This document shows, one piece after another, positions 1 to 7,506 of a DNA stretch of 43,625 bases. Every line of letters starts with the position of its first letter. The first letter of the stretch is position 1. The translations under genes were made by a program, and so were the position numbers. The DNA comes from Candidatus Rokuibacteriota bacterium (lineage in GTDB: Bacteria; Methylomirabilota; Methylomirabilia; Rokubacteriales; DASRDR01), in assembly GCA_044866005.1 (NCBI GenBank), contig JBIOTN010000190.1, positions 1 through 43,625 on the forward strand. Direction: 5' to 3'. The notes under the pieces are model-generated. The model was not told the origin of the DNA, made no database searches, and saw nothing but the letters and a program-made list of their open reading frames with translations.

Positions 1-1
1 T

Positions 2-352
2 TCCTTCGTTGACTACCAGGGCGGGGTGGCGGTCATCCCGCCCAACTCGTTCGCGCTCGGGCGGTCGGTCGAGTACTTCAAGATCCCGCGCAACGTGCTG
101 ACGCTCTGCGTGGGGAAGTCGACCTACGCGCGGTGCGGCATCATCACCAACGTGACGCCGTTCGAGCCAGAGTGGGAGGGCTACGTGACGCTGGAGATCA
201 GCAACACGACCCCCCTCCCGGCCCGCATCTACGCCAACGAGGGCATCGCCCAGGTCCTCTTCTTTGAATCCGACGAGGCCTGCGAGACGTCGTAAGCTGA
301 CAGGCAGGGGAAGTATCAGGGCCAGCAGGGGATCGTGTTGCCGACGGTCTAG
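2..352 (+). pseudogene. dcd: dCTP deaminase, 5'-truncated by window edge, with in-frame TAA at 293-295 (pseudogene or sequencing error)
   Basis: Motifs [45 protein letters not shown]. After the TAA the same frame continues ADRQGKYQGQQGIVLPTV-TAG(350-352), the usual Dcd tail (SY-D--GKYQ-Q), so TAA replaces a Tyr codon. Confidence 0.85.
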
Positions 353-396
353 GCCCGGCGCGGGCCCCGTCACTCAGGGGCCGGGAGGAACATCCG

Positions 397-600
397 ATGG
401 CCGAGCAAAAGAAGAAGGAAACGAGGCCGACCAAGCCCACCGAAGGCGGTGAGGACGGCGGCGCGGGGAGCGCGGAGCTCTCCAAGAAGGGCAAGAAGAT
501 CAAGGAGGAGCTGGACAACCTGCTGGACGAGATCGACGACATCCTCGAGGAGAACGCCGAGGAGTTCGTCAAGAGCTACGTCCAGCGCGGAGGCGAGTAG
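397..600 (+). CDS. pup: Prokaryotic ubiquitin-like protein Pup (C-terminal GGE)
   Basis: 67 aa with a low-complexity charged N-terminus and the Pup signature LLDEIDDILEENAEEFVKSYVQRGGE. RBS GGGAGG at 383-388. Confidence 0.9.
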   Translation: MAEQKKKETRPTKPTEGGEDGGAGSAELSKKGKKIKEELDNLLDEIDDILEENAEEFVKSYVQRGGE

Positions 601-605
601 AGCCG

Positions 606-812
606 GTGCCCATCTACGAGTATCGCTGTCTCGCCTGCGGCGAGAAGTTCGAGAAACTCGTGGTGGGGCAGGCGCGCGTCGCCTGTCCGGCCTGCGCGAG
701 CGCGGACATCTCGCGGACGCTCTCGCTCTTCGGCGTGAAGACCAGCGAGGGCTTCACCGCCTCGACCGGAAGCGGTTGCGGCTGCGGCGCAGGCGGGTGC
801 GGGTGCCACTGA
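606..812 (+). CDS. FmdB-family zinc-ribbon protein
   Basis: MPIYEYRCLACG...FE...CPACAS...LS-F pattern (two CxxC) with a Gly/Cys-rich tail GCGCGAGGCGCH. Confidence 0.88.
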   Translation: MPIYEYRCLACGEKFEKLVVGQARVACPACASADISRTLSLFGVKTSEGFTASTGSGCGCGAGGCGCH

Positions 813-838
813 CCCTGGCGCGACGCCAGGGGGCTGAC

Positions 839-866
839 AGGGGGCCGGCCGCCCCCTTTTTTCTTC
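839..866 (+). terminator. Rho-independent terminator after pup-fmdB
   Basis: AGGGGGC-CGGCC-GCCCCCT hairpin followed by a T tract (857-862). An additional perfect hairpin CCCTGGCG-CGA-CGCCAGGG lies at 813-831. Confidence 0.8.
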
Positions 867-963
867 TCTAGCTCGTCTCCCCCGTGAGTCCGGCTCGTCT
901 CTCCGGCACGCCTTCTGCCTTGACGTCACCGACCCGCGCCCCGCGGGCCCTGCCGTAGCGGCC

Positions 964-1854
964 ATGGACTTCCGGCAGCTCGAGGTGTTCGCCCGGGTCG
1001 TCGAGCTGCGTAGCTTCTCGCGGGCCGCCGAGGCCCTGCGCCTGACGCAGTCCACGGTCAGCGAGCACATCCGGCTCCTGGAGGACGAGGTCGGCACCCG
1101 GCTCTTCGATCGGCTCGGGCGCGAGACCGTGCCGACGCGGGCCGGCGAGCTGCTGCACGGGTACGCGCGGCGGCTGCTCGTCCTCCGGACCGAGGCCCAG
1201 CAGGCGCTCGACCAGTTCCTCGGCCGGGTGTCCGGGGCTCTCACCGTGGGCGCGAGCACGATCCCGGGCGAGTACGTCCTCCCCGCGCTCATCGGCGGCT
1301 TCCGGGAGAAGTTCCCTCAGGTCTCGATCACGCTGCAGATCGCCGACACGCGGGAGATCGTCGACGCCGTCCTCGACGGCCGCGTGGAGCTGGGAGTCGT
1401 CGGGGCGCGTCCCGTTCACCGGAACCTCGAAGCGACCGAGCTCATGCCCGACGAGCTGGTCCTGGTGGTGCCGCCCGGGCATGCCTGGTTCGGCCGCCGC
1501 CAGGCGACGCTCGAGGAGCTCGTGCCCGAGCCCCTGATCGTGCGCGAGCCCGGCTCGGGCTCTCGGGCCGCGCTCGAGCGGGCGCTCGACGAGGCGGGGA
1601 CGGGCCTGGACGCGCTCCGCGTCATCGCCGAGATGGGGTCGACGTCCGCCATCAAGCAGGCGGTGAAGGCGGGAGTCGGCCTCTCGATCGTCTCCCGGCG
1701 GGCGGTCGACGAGGAGTGCCGGCACGGCCTGCTGTGGTGCGTGAAGATCAAGGATCTCCGCTTCACTCGCCACTTCTACGTCGTCTCGCACGCCGGCCGC
1801 TCGCGCTCGCCCCTCTGCCAGGCCTTCCTCGACTACCTCCTCGCCAGCCGCTGA
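964..1854 (+). CDS. LysR-family regulator (CysL/YeiE-like; resembles selenium-metabolism-associated LysR)
   Basis: N-terminal HTH SFSRAAEALRLTQSTVSEHIRLLE..G..LFDR. GASTIPGEY-LP and REPGSGSR are typical of CysL-like substrate-binding domains. Confidence 0.9.
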   Translation: MDFRQLEVFARVVELRSFSRAAEALRLTQSTVSEHIRLLEDEVGTRLFDRLGRETVPTRAGELLHGYARRLLVLRTEAQQALDQFLGRVSGALTVGASTIPGEYVLPALIGGFREKFPQVSITLQIADTREIVDAVLDGRVELGVVGARPVHRNLEATELMPDELVLVVPPGHAWFGRRQATLEELVPEPLIVREPGSGSRAALERALDEAGTGLDALRVIAEMGSTSAIKQAVKAGVGLSIVSRRAVDEECRHGLLWCVKIKDLRFTRHFYVVSHAGRSRSPLCQAFLDYLLASR

Positions 1855-1859
1855 GTTTG

Positions 1860-1920
1860 TCGGAGGGGGCCTCGGCGGCCCCCTCCGATGGGTTGCGCGG
1901 GCGAAGCCCGCGCGCGGAGC
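1860..1920. repeat. REP-like palindromic repeat, family R1
   Basis: Perfect 12-bp inverted repeat TCGGAGGGGGCC-TCGGC-GGCCCCCTCCGA (1860-1888), then GCGCGGGC-GAA-GCCCGCGC (1895-1913). Related copies near 24973, 25325 and 38925. Confidence 0.8.
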
Positions 1921-2021
1921 GCTCCGGACACCGTTCGGGGCCCGCTTCGCGCACGCGGCCTCTGTCAGCGACGCTGACTTCGCCCTTTCGGTGCGTTTCC
2001 CGGGTGTCCACCGGTGTCCCC

Positions 2022-2096
2022 ATCGGCTGAGCCGGTCGGGCCGCGTGGCCGTCACAGGGATTTCCGATTTGACTCCATCGGAATCCCCCATAACAT
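2022..2096 (+). promoter_or_regulatory. sigma70-like promoter of the ABC operon overlapped by putative LysR boxes
   Basis: TTGACT (2069-2074), 16 nt, TAACAT (2091-2096). Inverted repeat TTCCGAT/ATCGGAA brackets the -35. Three 15-bp ATCGG-N5-CCGAT-like boxes at 2022-2036, 2054-2068 and 2077-2091. Confidence 0.6.
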
Positions 2097-2142
2097 GAAG
2101 GGGAATTCGGGCGGACACCAACCCCTCACCCCGGGGGAATCC

Positions 2143-3009
2143 ATGGGCCGACTCGCGCAGCGTCTGGCCGCAATCCTCTGCCTGGCGGTGGTCCCCACGG
2201 GCGTGTCGGCCTACACCCCCGAGGTCTTGAAGGTCTCGGCCATTCCGGACGAGAACCCGACCGAGCTCCTGCGGATCTACACGCCGTTCGCCGAGTACCT
2301 GTCCAGGGAGCTCGGCATGAGGGTCCAGTTCACCCCGGTCGTGGACTACGCCGCGACCGTCGAAGGGCTCGCCGCCCGGAAGCTCGACCTCGTCTGGTAC
2401 GGCGGCTTCACCTCGGTCCAGGCGGTGCGGCGCACGGGTGGGCTGGCCACCCGGCTCGCCATGCGACAGGAGGACGCGGAGTTCAAGTCCGTCTTCGTCA
2501 CCCGGAAGGACAGCGGGATCAAGTCCCTCGCCGACCTCAGGGGGAAGACCTTCGCCTTCGGCAGCGTGTCGTCGACGTCAGGCCACCTGATGCCCCGCTA
2601 CTTTCTCCTCAAGAGCGGCATCGACCCCGATCGGGACTTCGCGCAGAAGCCCGCCTTCTCCGGCGCGCACGACGCCACCGCGCTCTGGGTCGAGTCGGGG
2701 AAGGTGGACGCGGGCGCCCTGAACTTCCTCGTCTGGGACAAGCTGGTCGAGACCAGGAAGGTCGATCTCGGCAAGGTCACCGTGTTCTGGACGACGCCGC
2801 CGTACGTGGATTACGTCTGGACCGCCCGCAGCGACCTCGATCCCGGCCTCCGGGAGAAGATCACCGCGGCGTTCCTGAAGCTCCGCTACGACAACCCGGC
2901 CGACCGCCGACTCCTCGACCTCCATCGGACCAGGGGCTACAGCCGAGCGCACGACGAGGACTGGAAGATGACCGAGGAAGCCGCGATCTCTGCCGGGCTC
3001 CTCAAGTAG
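2143..3009 (+). CDS. PhnD-family ABC substrate-binding protein, putative selenate-transporter subfamily
   Basis: Signal peptide, then SAIPDENPTEL, DYAATVE, LVWYGGFTSVQA, FAFGSVSSTSGHLMPRYF, SGAHDAT and TPPYVDY-W. ATG 2143 chosen because it gives a signal peptide and has a purine-rich RBS. Confidence 0.8.
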   Translation: MGRLAQRLAAILCLAVVPTGVSAYTPEVLKVSAIPDENPTELLRIYTPFAEYLSRELGMRVQFTPVVDYAATVEGLAARKLDLVWYGGFTSVQAVRRTGGLATRLAMRQEDAEFKSVFVTRKDSGIKSLADLRGKTFAFGSVSSTSGHLMPRYFLLKSGIDPDRDFAQKPAFSGAHDATALWVESGKVDAGALNFLVWDKLVETRKVDLGKVTVFWTTPPYVDYVWTARSDLDPGLREKITAAFLKLRYDNPADRRLLDLHRTRGYSRAHDEDWKMTEEAAISAGLLK

Positions 3010-3021
3010 ACGGACGGCGTC

Positions 3022-3849
3022 GTGCGCGTGATGTACGAGCTCCAGGGGATCGCCAAGACGTTCGACGGCCGCGACGTCGCGCTGGAGGACGTCTCGTTCG
3101 TCGTGGGCCGCGGGGAGCGTGTCGCCGTCATCGGGCCGAGCGGCGCGGGAAAGACGACACTCTTCCGGATCCTCAACCTGACGCTCCGGCCGACGGCCGG
3201 CGCCCTCCGGATCGACGGGACCGACACCGCGCGGCTCCACGGCACGGCGCTCCGCGCGCTCAGGCGGCGGATCGGCACGGTCTACCAGCAGCACAACCTG
3301 GTCGGCCGGCTCCGCGTGGTCCACAACGTCCTGGCCGGGCACCTGGGACGCTGGTCCACGGCGAAGGCGCTCGTCTCCCTCGCCTGGCCCCGGGAGGTGC
3401 GGTCGGCCGCGGACGCCCTCGCGCGCGTCGGCATCCCGGAGAAGCTCCACGCCCGGACCGACACGCTCTCCGGCGGCCAGCAGCAGCGGGTCGCCATCGC
3501 GCGCGTCCTCGTCCAGGACCCGGACGTGATCCTGGGAGACGAGCCCGTCTCCTCGGTCGATCCGTCGCTCGCGGCGGCCATCGTGCGGCTTCTCACCGAC
3601 CTGTCGGCCGCGACCGGCAAGACGCTCCTCATGAACCTCCACAGCGTGGACCTGGCCCTCGCCTTCTTTCCGCGCCTCATCGGGGTTCGGCAGGGGCGTG
3701 TCTTCTTCGATCTCGCGCCGGACAAGGTCACCCGGGCGATCCTCGGCGAGCTGTACACGGGCGCGGCGGCCGACCATGAGCCGCTGCCGTCCTCCCAGGG
3801 CGTCTCGCCGACGAGTCCGGTCTGCCGGCCCCTGTTCGGCCTGAGGTGA
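3022..3849 (+). CDS. phnC: PhnC-type ABC ATP-binding protein
   Basis: Walker A GPSGAGKT, signature LSGGQQQRVAIAR, ILGDEPVSSVDP. Start may be ATG 3031. Confidence 0.88.
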   Translation: MRVMYELQGIAKTFDGRDVALEDVSFVVGRGERVAVIGPSGAGKTTLFRILNLTLRPTAGALRIDGTDTARLHGTALRALRRRIGTVYQQHNLVGRLRVVHNVLAGHLGRWSTAKALVSLAWPREVRSAADALARVGIPEKLHARTDTLSGGQQQRVAIARVLVQDPDVILGDEPVSSVDPSLAAAIVRLLTDLSAATGKTLLMNLHSVDLALAFFPRLIGVRQGRVFFDLAPDKVTRAILGELYTGAAADHEPLPSSQGVSPTSPVCRPLFGLR

Positions 3850-4769
3850 CGCCCACGCGGCTTGGCGCCCGCCTGCGCGGGCTCGCGGGGCGAAGATCCG
3901 CGCACCGGCCTGCGAGCGGCGCCGCGCTGGAGTCGCCGGCGCTCCGGCTCGACGCCAGGGCCCTCTTCCCCCACCTGGTCTGGCCGGTCTTCGTGGTGTG
4001 CCTCGCCGTGAGCTTCCGTGTGGCCGAGGTCGATCCCGGCGCCCTGCTCGCGGCCGACGCGCGGGCCAACGTCGCGCGGTTCGTGCGCGGCATGTTTCCG
4101 CCGGCGCTCTCGGCCGACTTCCTCCGGTTCCTGGCGGTTCCGGCCGTGGAGACCATCCAGATCTCCGTCGCAGGCACGGCCCTCGCCGTCCTGATCGGGT
4201 TGCCGCTCGGACTGCTCGCGACGTCGACCCTGAGCTGGAGCGGCGTGCTCCACGAGCGCCGTGGCGCCCAGGGGCGCCTGCTCGGCTTCCTGCCCTATGC
4301 GGCCGCCCGCGGGCTCCTCTCGGTCTTCCGGTCGATCCCGGAGTTCGTGTGGGCCTTCATGTTCGTCCGCGCCGTCGGCCTCGGTCCCTTCCCCGGCGTC
4401 CTCGCCATCGGCGTCGCGTACGGCGGGATGCTCGGGAAGGTCTACTCGGAGATCCTCGAGGGCGTGGACCCGCACCCGCTCGAGGCGTTGCAGGCGGCGG
4501 GCGCCGGACGGCTCCCGCTCGTCGTGTACGGCGTGCTGCCTCAGGCCCTCCCCGCGTTCGTCTCCTACACGCTCTACCGGTGGGAGTGCGCGATCCGGGC
4601 CTCCGCCATCCTCGGCTTCGTCGGCGCGGGCGGCCTGGGCCAGCAGCTCGAGCTTTCCATGCGCATGTTCGACTTCCACGAGGTGCTCACGCTGCTCGCG
4701 ATCCTCTGGATCCTCGTCGCGAGCGTGGACGCGGTGTCGGGGGTCGTTCGCCGCGCCGTGGTGCGGTGA
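3846..4769 (+). CDS. phnE: PhnE-type ABC permease 1
   Basis: RSIPEFVWA, GLGPFPGVLAI, LGKVYSEILE, YTLYRWECAIRAS-ILG-VGAGGLG. GTGA overlap with phnC. Confidence 0.88.
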   Translation: MTPTRLGARLRGLAGRRSAHRPASGAALESPALRLDARALFPHLVWPVFVVCLAVSFRVAEVDPGALLAADARANVARFVRGMFPPALSADFLRFLAVPAVETIQISVAGTALAVLIGLPLGLLATSTLSWSGVLHERRGAQGRLLGFLPYAAARGLLSVFRSIPEFVWAFMFVRAVGLGPFPGVLAIGVAYGGMLGKVYSEILEGVDPHPLEALQAAGAGRLPLVVYGVLPQALPAFVSYTLYRWECAIRASAILGFVGAGGLGQQLELSMRMFDFHEVLTLLAILWILVASVDAVSGVVRRAVVR

Positions 4770-4983
4770 GGGGGCCCGGGCCGATGCGCGTCGCCCCGGG
4801 TCGTCCTCGGTCGTCGGCGGCCCTCAACGTATGCGGCATACGCCTCGGCCCGCCTCCTCCCTGCGTCCTACCGGTGCTCGCGCCTCGGCCCGGTACCGGC
4901 GCCCAGCCAGACTGGCTCGCGGCCGCAAGGGTGGTGCGGTGAGGAGGCCCGGGCCGATGCGCGTCGCCCCGGGTCGTCCTCGG
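4758..4983. repeat. 53-bp direct repeat (4758-4810 and 4931-4983) flanking an R2 repeat element
   Basis: GTGGTGCGGTGAGG(G/A)GGCCCGGGCCGATGCGCGTCGCCCCGGGTCGTCCTCGG occurs twice, 173 nt apart, with one mismatch. The interior contains CTCAACGTATGCGGCATACGCCTC and CCTGCGTCCT. Confidence 0.85.
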
Positions 4984-5832
4984 CCCGCCGAGGGGCCCGC
5001 GCCGGCACGCCGCCCGCGGCCCGGAGCGTGGTCCTGGCTCGGCCTGGGCGCGGCGGCGGTGCTCGTCGCCTGGAGCGCGCGCGGGACCCACCTGGAGGCC
5101 GGCGCGCTCTTGAGCCGCGAAGGGCTCGGGCAGATGTGGACGTACGGGGCGAAGCTCTTCCCGCCGGACCTGTCGCCGGCCGTACTGCGCGAGGCCGGCC
5201 GCGGGGCCGTCGAGACCTTCGCCATCTCGCTCGTCGGCACGTCTCTCGCCGTCCTGATCGCGCTGCCGCTCGCGTTCATGGCGACCCGGACGATGCTCTT
5301 CGACGGCGTGCTCTACGCGCGCGAAGACCTCGGGTGGCGCCGCTATCCGCGGATCGCCCTCTACGCAGCCGCGAAGGCGCTGCTGAACCTCCTCCGGACG
5401 ATTCCCGAGATCGTGTGGGCGCTCATCTTCGTTTTCGCGGTGGGGCTCGGGCCGTTCCCCGGCACGCTGGCGCTCGGCTTCCACACGGGCGGGGTCCTGG
5501 GCAAGCTCTTCGGCGAGGTCCTGGAAGACGTCTCGCCCCGGCCGCTCGAAGCGCTCCAGGCCGGCGGCGCCTCGCGCCTGGCGGTCCTGCTCTACGGCAT
5601 CCTGCCGCAGGCGCTCCCGCAGTTCCTCGCCTACGCGCTCTATCGCTGGGAGGTGAACATCCGGGCGGCTGCGGTCCTCGGCTTCGTCGGGGCCGGCGGG
5701 CTCGGGCAGCGGATCCACATCGCGATCAGCCTGTTCCTCGAAAATCAGCTCTTGACCCTGATCCTCGCCGTCTACGTGATGGTCACGCTGGTGGACGCGT
5801 GGTCTGGATGGCTTCGGCGCCGCGTCGTCTGA
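4939..5832 (+). CDS. phnE: PhnE-type ABC permease 2
   Basis: RTIPEIVWALIFV, GLGPFPGTLALG, LGKLFGEVLE, LYRWEVNIRAA-VLG-VGAGGLG. Start GTG 4939 or ATG 4957; the upstream part of ORF 4261 is not credible. Confidence 0.85.
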   Translation: MRRPGPMRVAPGRPRPAEGPAPARRPRPGAWSWLGLGAAAVLVAWSARGTHLEAGALLSREGLGQMWTYGAKLFPPDLSPAVLREAGRGAVETFAISLVGTSLAVLIALPLAFMATRTMLFDGVLYAREDLGWRRYPRIALYAAAKALLNLLRTIPEIVWALIFVFAVGLGPFPGTLALGFHTGGVLGKLFGEVLEDVSPRPLEALQAGGASRLAVLLYGILPQALPQFLAYALYRWEVNIRAAAVLGFVGAGGLGQRIHIAISLFLENQLLTLILAVYVMVTLVDAWSGWLRRRVV

Positions 5833-5944
5833 CATGGCGGCGATCCGGGATGACGCGGGCGGCCCCCGGCGCGGCGCCGGCCGGGGCGTATACCGCGGAG
5901 GTCGAGGCGGGACGAGACCCGCCGGGGTCGCAGGGGGCCCGGCC

Positions 5945-6217
5945 TCAGGCGGGGCGCGGCGGGAGCGTCCCTTCCTTCTCCCGCCGCAGAAAATCGACCA
6001 GGCGCTGGGTCAGCTCCGGTGGGATCTCCTCGACGGGCAGCGTGCGGGCGACGTCCACCGTGCCCTTGTAGGTGCGGACGAACCGCACGCACGCCGCGCA
6101 GAGCTCGAGGTGGATGTCGAGGGCACGGGCTCGCTCCGGGGGGAGCTCCCCCTCCAGGTAATCGACCAGGAGCTCGATACACTCCTGGCACCGCGTGATG
6201 TGGGGGCTCGACTCCAC
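5945..6217 (-). CDS. zf-HC2 (ZAS-type anti-sigma zinc finger) protein
   Basis: C-E---LL-DYLEGEL......L--HL--C--C, giving the HxxxCxxC motif. Upstream RBS GAGGTGAGG. Confidence 0.85.
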   Translation of the reverse strand: MESSPHITRCQECIELLVDYLEGELPPERARALDIHLELCAACVRFVRTYKGTVDVARTLPVEEIPPELTQRLVDFLRREKEGTLPPRPA

Positions 6218-6272
6218 GCCTCACCTCTCGGGCTCCGGCGGGCGGTCGTGCCCGCGGGCGCCGCGTGTCCCG

Positions 6273-6313
6273 ATCGTAGCACAGTTGCCCGCGCAGAAGG
6301 GCTCGTGTAGGCT
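6273..6313. promoter_or_regulatory. Candidate divergent promoters (GT4 gene on +, zf-HC2 gene on -)
   Basis: Plus strand: TTGCCC (6285-6290), 17 nt, TAGGCT (6308-6313). Minus strand: extended -10 TGcTACGAT (6281-6273). Confidence 0.4.
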
Positions 6314-6364
6314 CTAGCCATCGAGCCGGGGCCTTCTGCCGCCGCCCGCCGGCCGCCTGCCGCG

Positions 6365-7387
6365 ATGCGCATCGCCCTCGTCACGCCCGTCGCGTCGCCC
6401 TCCGTCCGCGGCAACGCGGTCACGGTCGGCCGGGTCCACCGCGGCCTCCGCGCGCGCGGGGTCGCCGCGGACGTCGTGGACCTTTCGCGGCCGGATCCGC
6501 CGGCCGCGGCGCGGCTCCACGTGCTGGCTCCCGATTTGGTCCACGCCTTCCACGCCTTCCGCGGGGCGCCGACCGCCGCAGCGTTCGCCCGCGAGCGGGG
6601 TCTGCCCCTCGTGGTGTCGCTCACCGGCACCGACGTCAACCACGACCTCGTCCAGCCGGAACGACGCGCCGCCACCGTCGCGTCGATCCGGCAGGCGGAG
6701 GCCCTCATCGCCTTCCACGAGACGATCCGGGCCCGGGTCGCCCGCGAGGTGCCGGAGGCCGCGGCGCGCATCGAGGTGATCCCGCAGAGCGTCGTCCTCG
6801 CCGACGAGCCGTGCCCGCTCGGGGAGCTGGTGCCTCGCCAGCCGGACGAGGTCCGCTTCCTCCTGCCGGCCGGGATCCGCGCGGTGAAGAACGTCCTCTT
6901 CCCGCTCGGTCCCCTCGGCCGGCTGGCCCGGCGGTACCCCATCCGGCTGCTGATCGCGGGCCCGATCATCGAGGCGAGCGAGGGCGCCCGCCTGGCCGCG
7001 GCGCTCAAGGGCGCGGACTGGGCGACGTACCTCGGCGAGGTGCCGCACGGGCAGATGGGGGGGCTCCTGCACCAGGCGGACGTCGTCCTCAACTCGTCGA
7101 TCTCCGAAGGCGGCATGGCGAACTCGGTCCTCGAGGCGATGAGCTGCGGCCGACCGGTCCTCGCCTCGGACATCGAGGGGAATCGCTCCGTCATCGACCA
7201 CGACCGCGACGGGCTCCTCTTTCGGGACGCGGCGGGGCTCGAGCGCGAGGCCGAGCGGCTGATCCGCGACCCCGCGCTCCGCCACCGCCTCGGGGCGGCG
7301 GGGCGCGCGAAGATCGTCCGGCTCTACCCGCCGGAGCGCGAGATCACGGCGCACCTCGAGCTGTACCGTCGGCTCGTGTCCGGCTGA
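6365..7387 (+). CDS. GT-B glycosyltransferase (GT4-like), SenB/TIGR04348/GLT1D1-like
   Basis: MRIALVTP...GNAVT, FHAFR, VVSLTGTDVN, GIRAVKN, NSSISEGGMANSVLEAM, PVLASDIEGN. Confidence 0.8.
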   Translation: MRIALVTPVASPSVRGNAVTVGRVHRGLRARGVAADVVDLSRPDPPAAARLHVLAPDLVHAFHAFRGAPTAAAFARERGLPLVVSLTGTDVNHDLVQPERRAATVASIRQAEALIAFHETIRARVAREVPEAAARIEVIPQSVVLADEPCPLGELVPRQPDEVRFLLPAGIRAVKNVLFPLGPLGRLARRYPIRLLIAGPIIEASEGARLAAALKGADWATYLGEVPHGQMGGLLHQADVVLNSSISEGGMANSVLEAMSCGRPVLASDIEGNRSVIDHDRDGLLFRDAAGLEREAERLIRDPALRHRLGAAGRAKIVRLYPPEREITAHLELYRRLVSG

Positions 7388-7413
7388 GCCCACGGAGCGT
7401 CGCGCGGTTCGCG

Positions 7414-7422
7414 TGCTAGAAT
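7414..7422 (+). promoter_or_regulatory. Extended -10 element upstream of the VOC gene
   Basis: TGcTAGAAT in the intergenic spacer. Confidence 0.45.
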
Positions 7423-7506
7423 GAGCCGACTTCCGTGCCCCTGGGGTCACGCGCCCGGTGTTCCCGGGACCAGGCGGTTGAGAGACCGTAACCAGGGAGG
7501 CGAGCG

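Noticed and set aside
293..295. Stop-codon recoding in dcd
   Set aside because: The codon is TAA at a Tyr position, not UGA/UAG at a Cys/Pyl site, and TAA is a normal stop in other genes here.
810..831. TGA of fmdB followed by a hairpin, as a possible Sec codon
   Set aside because: The protein is complete at this point, the hairpin loop is only about 8 nt from the TGA, and a terminator follows.
4758..4983. Direct repeats with a spacer (also 43439-43594) as a mini-CRISPR
   Set aside because: Only two copies, a spacer over 100 nt that is itself a dispersed repeat, and no cas genes.
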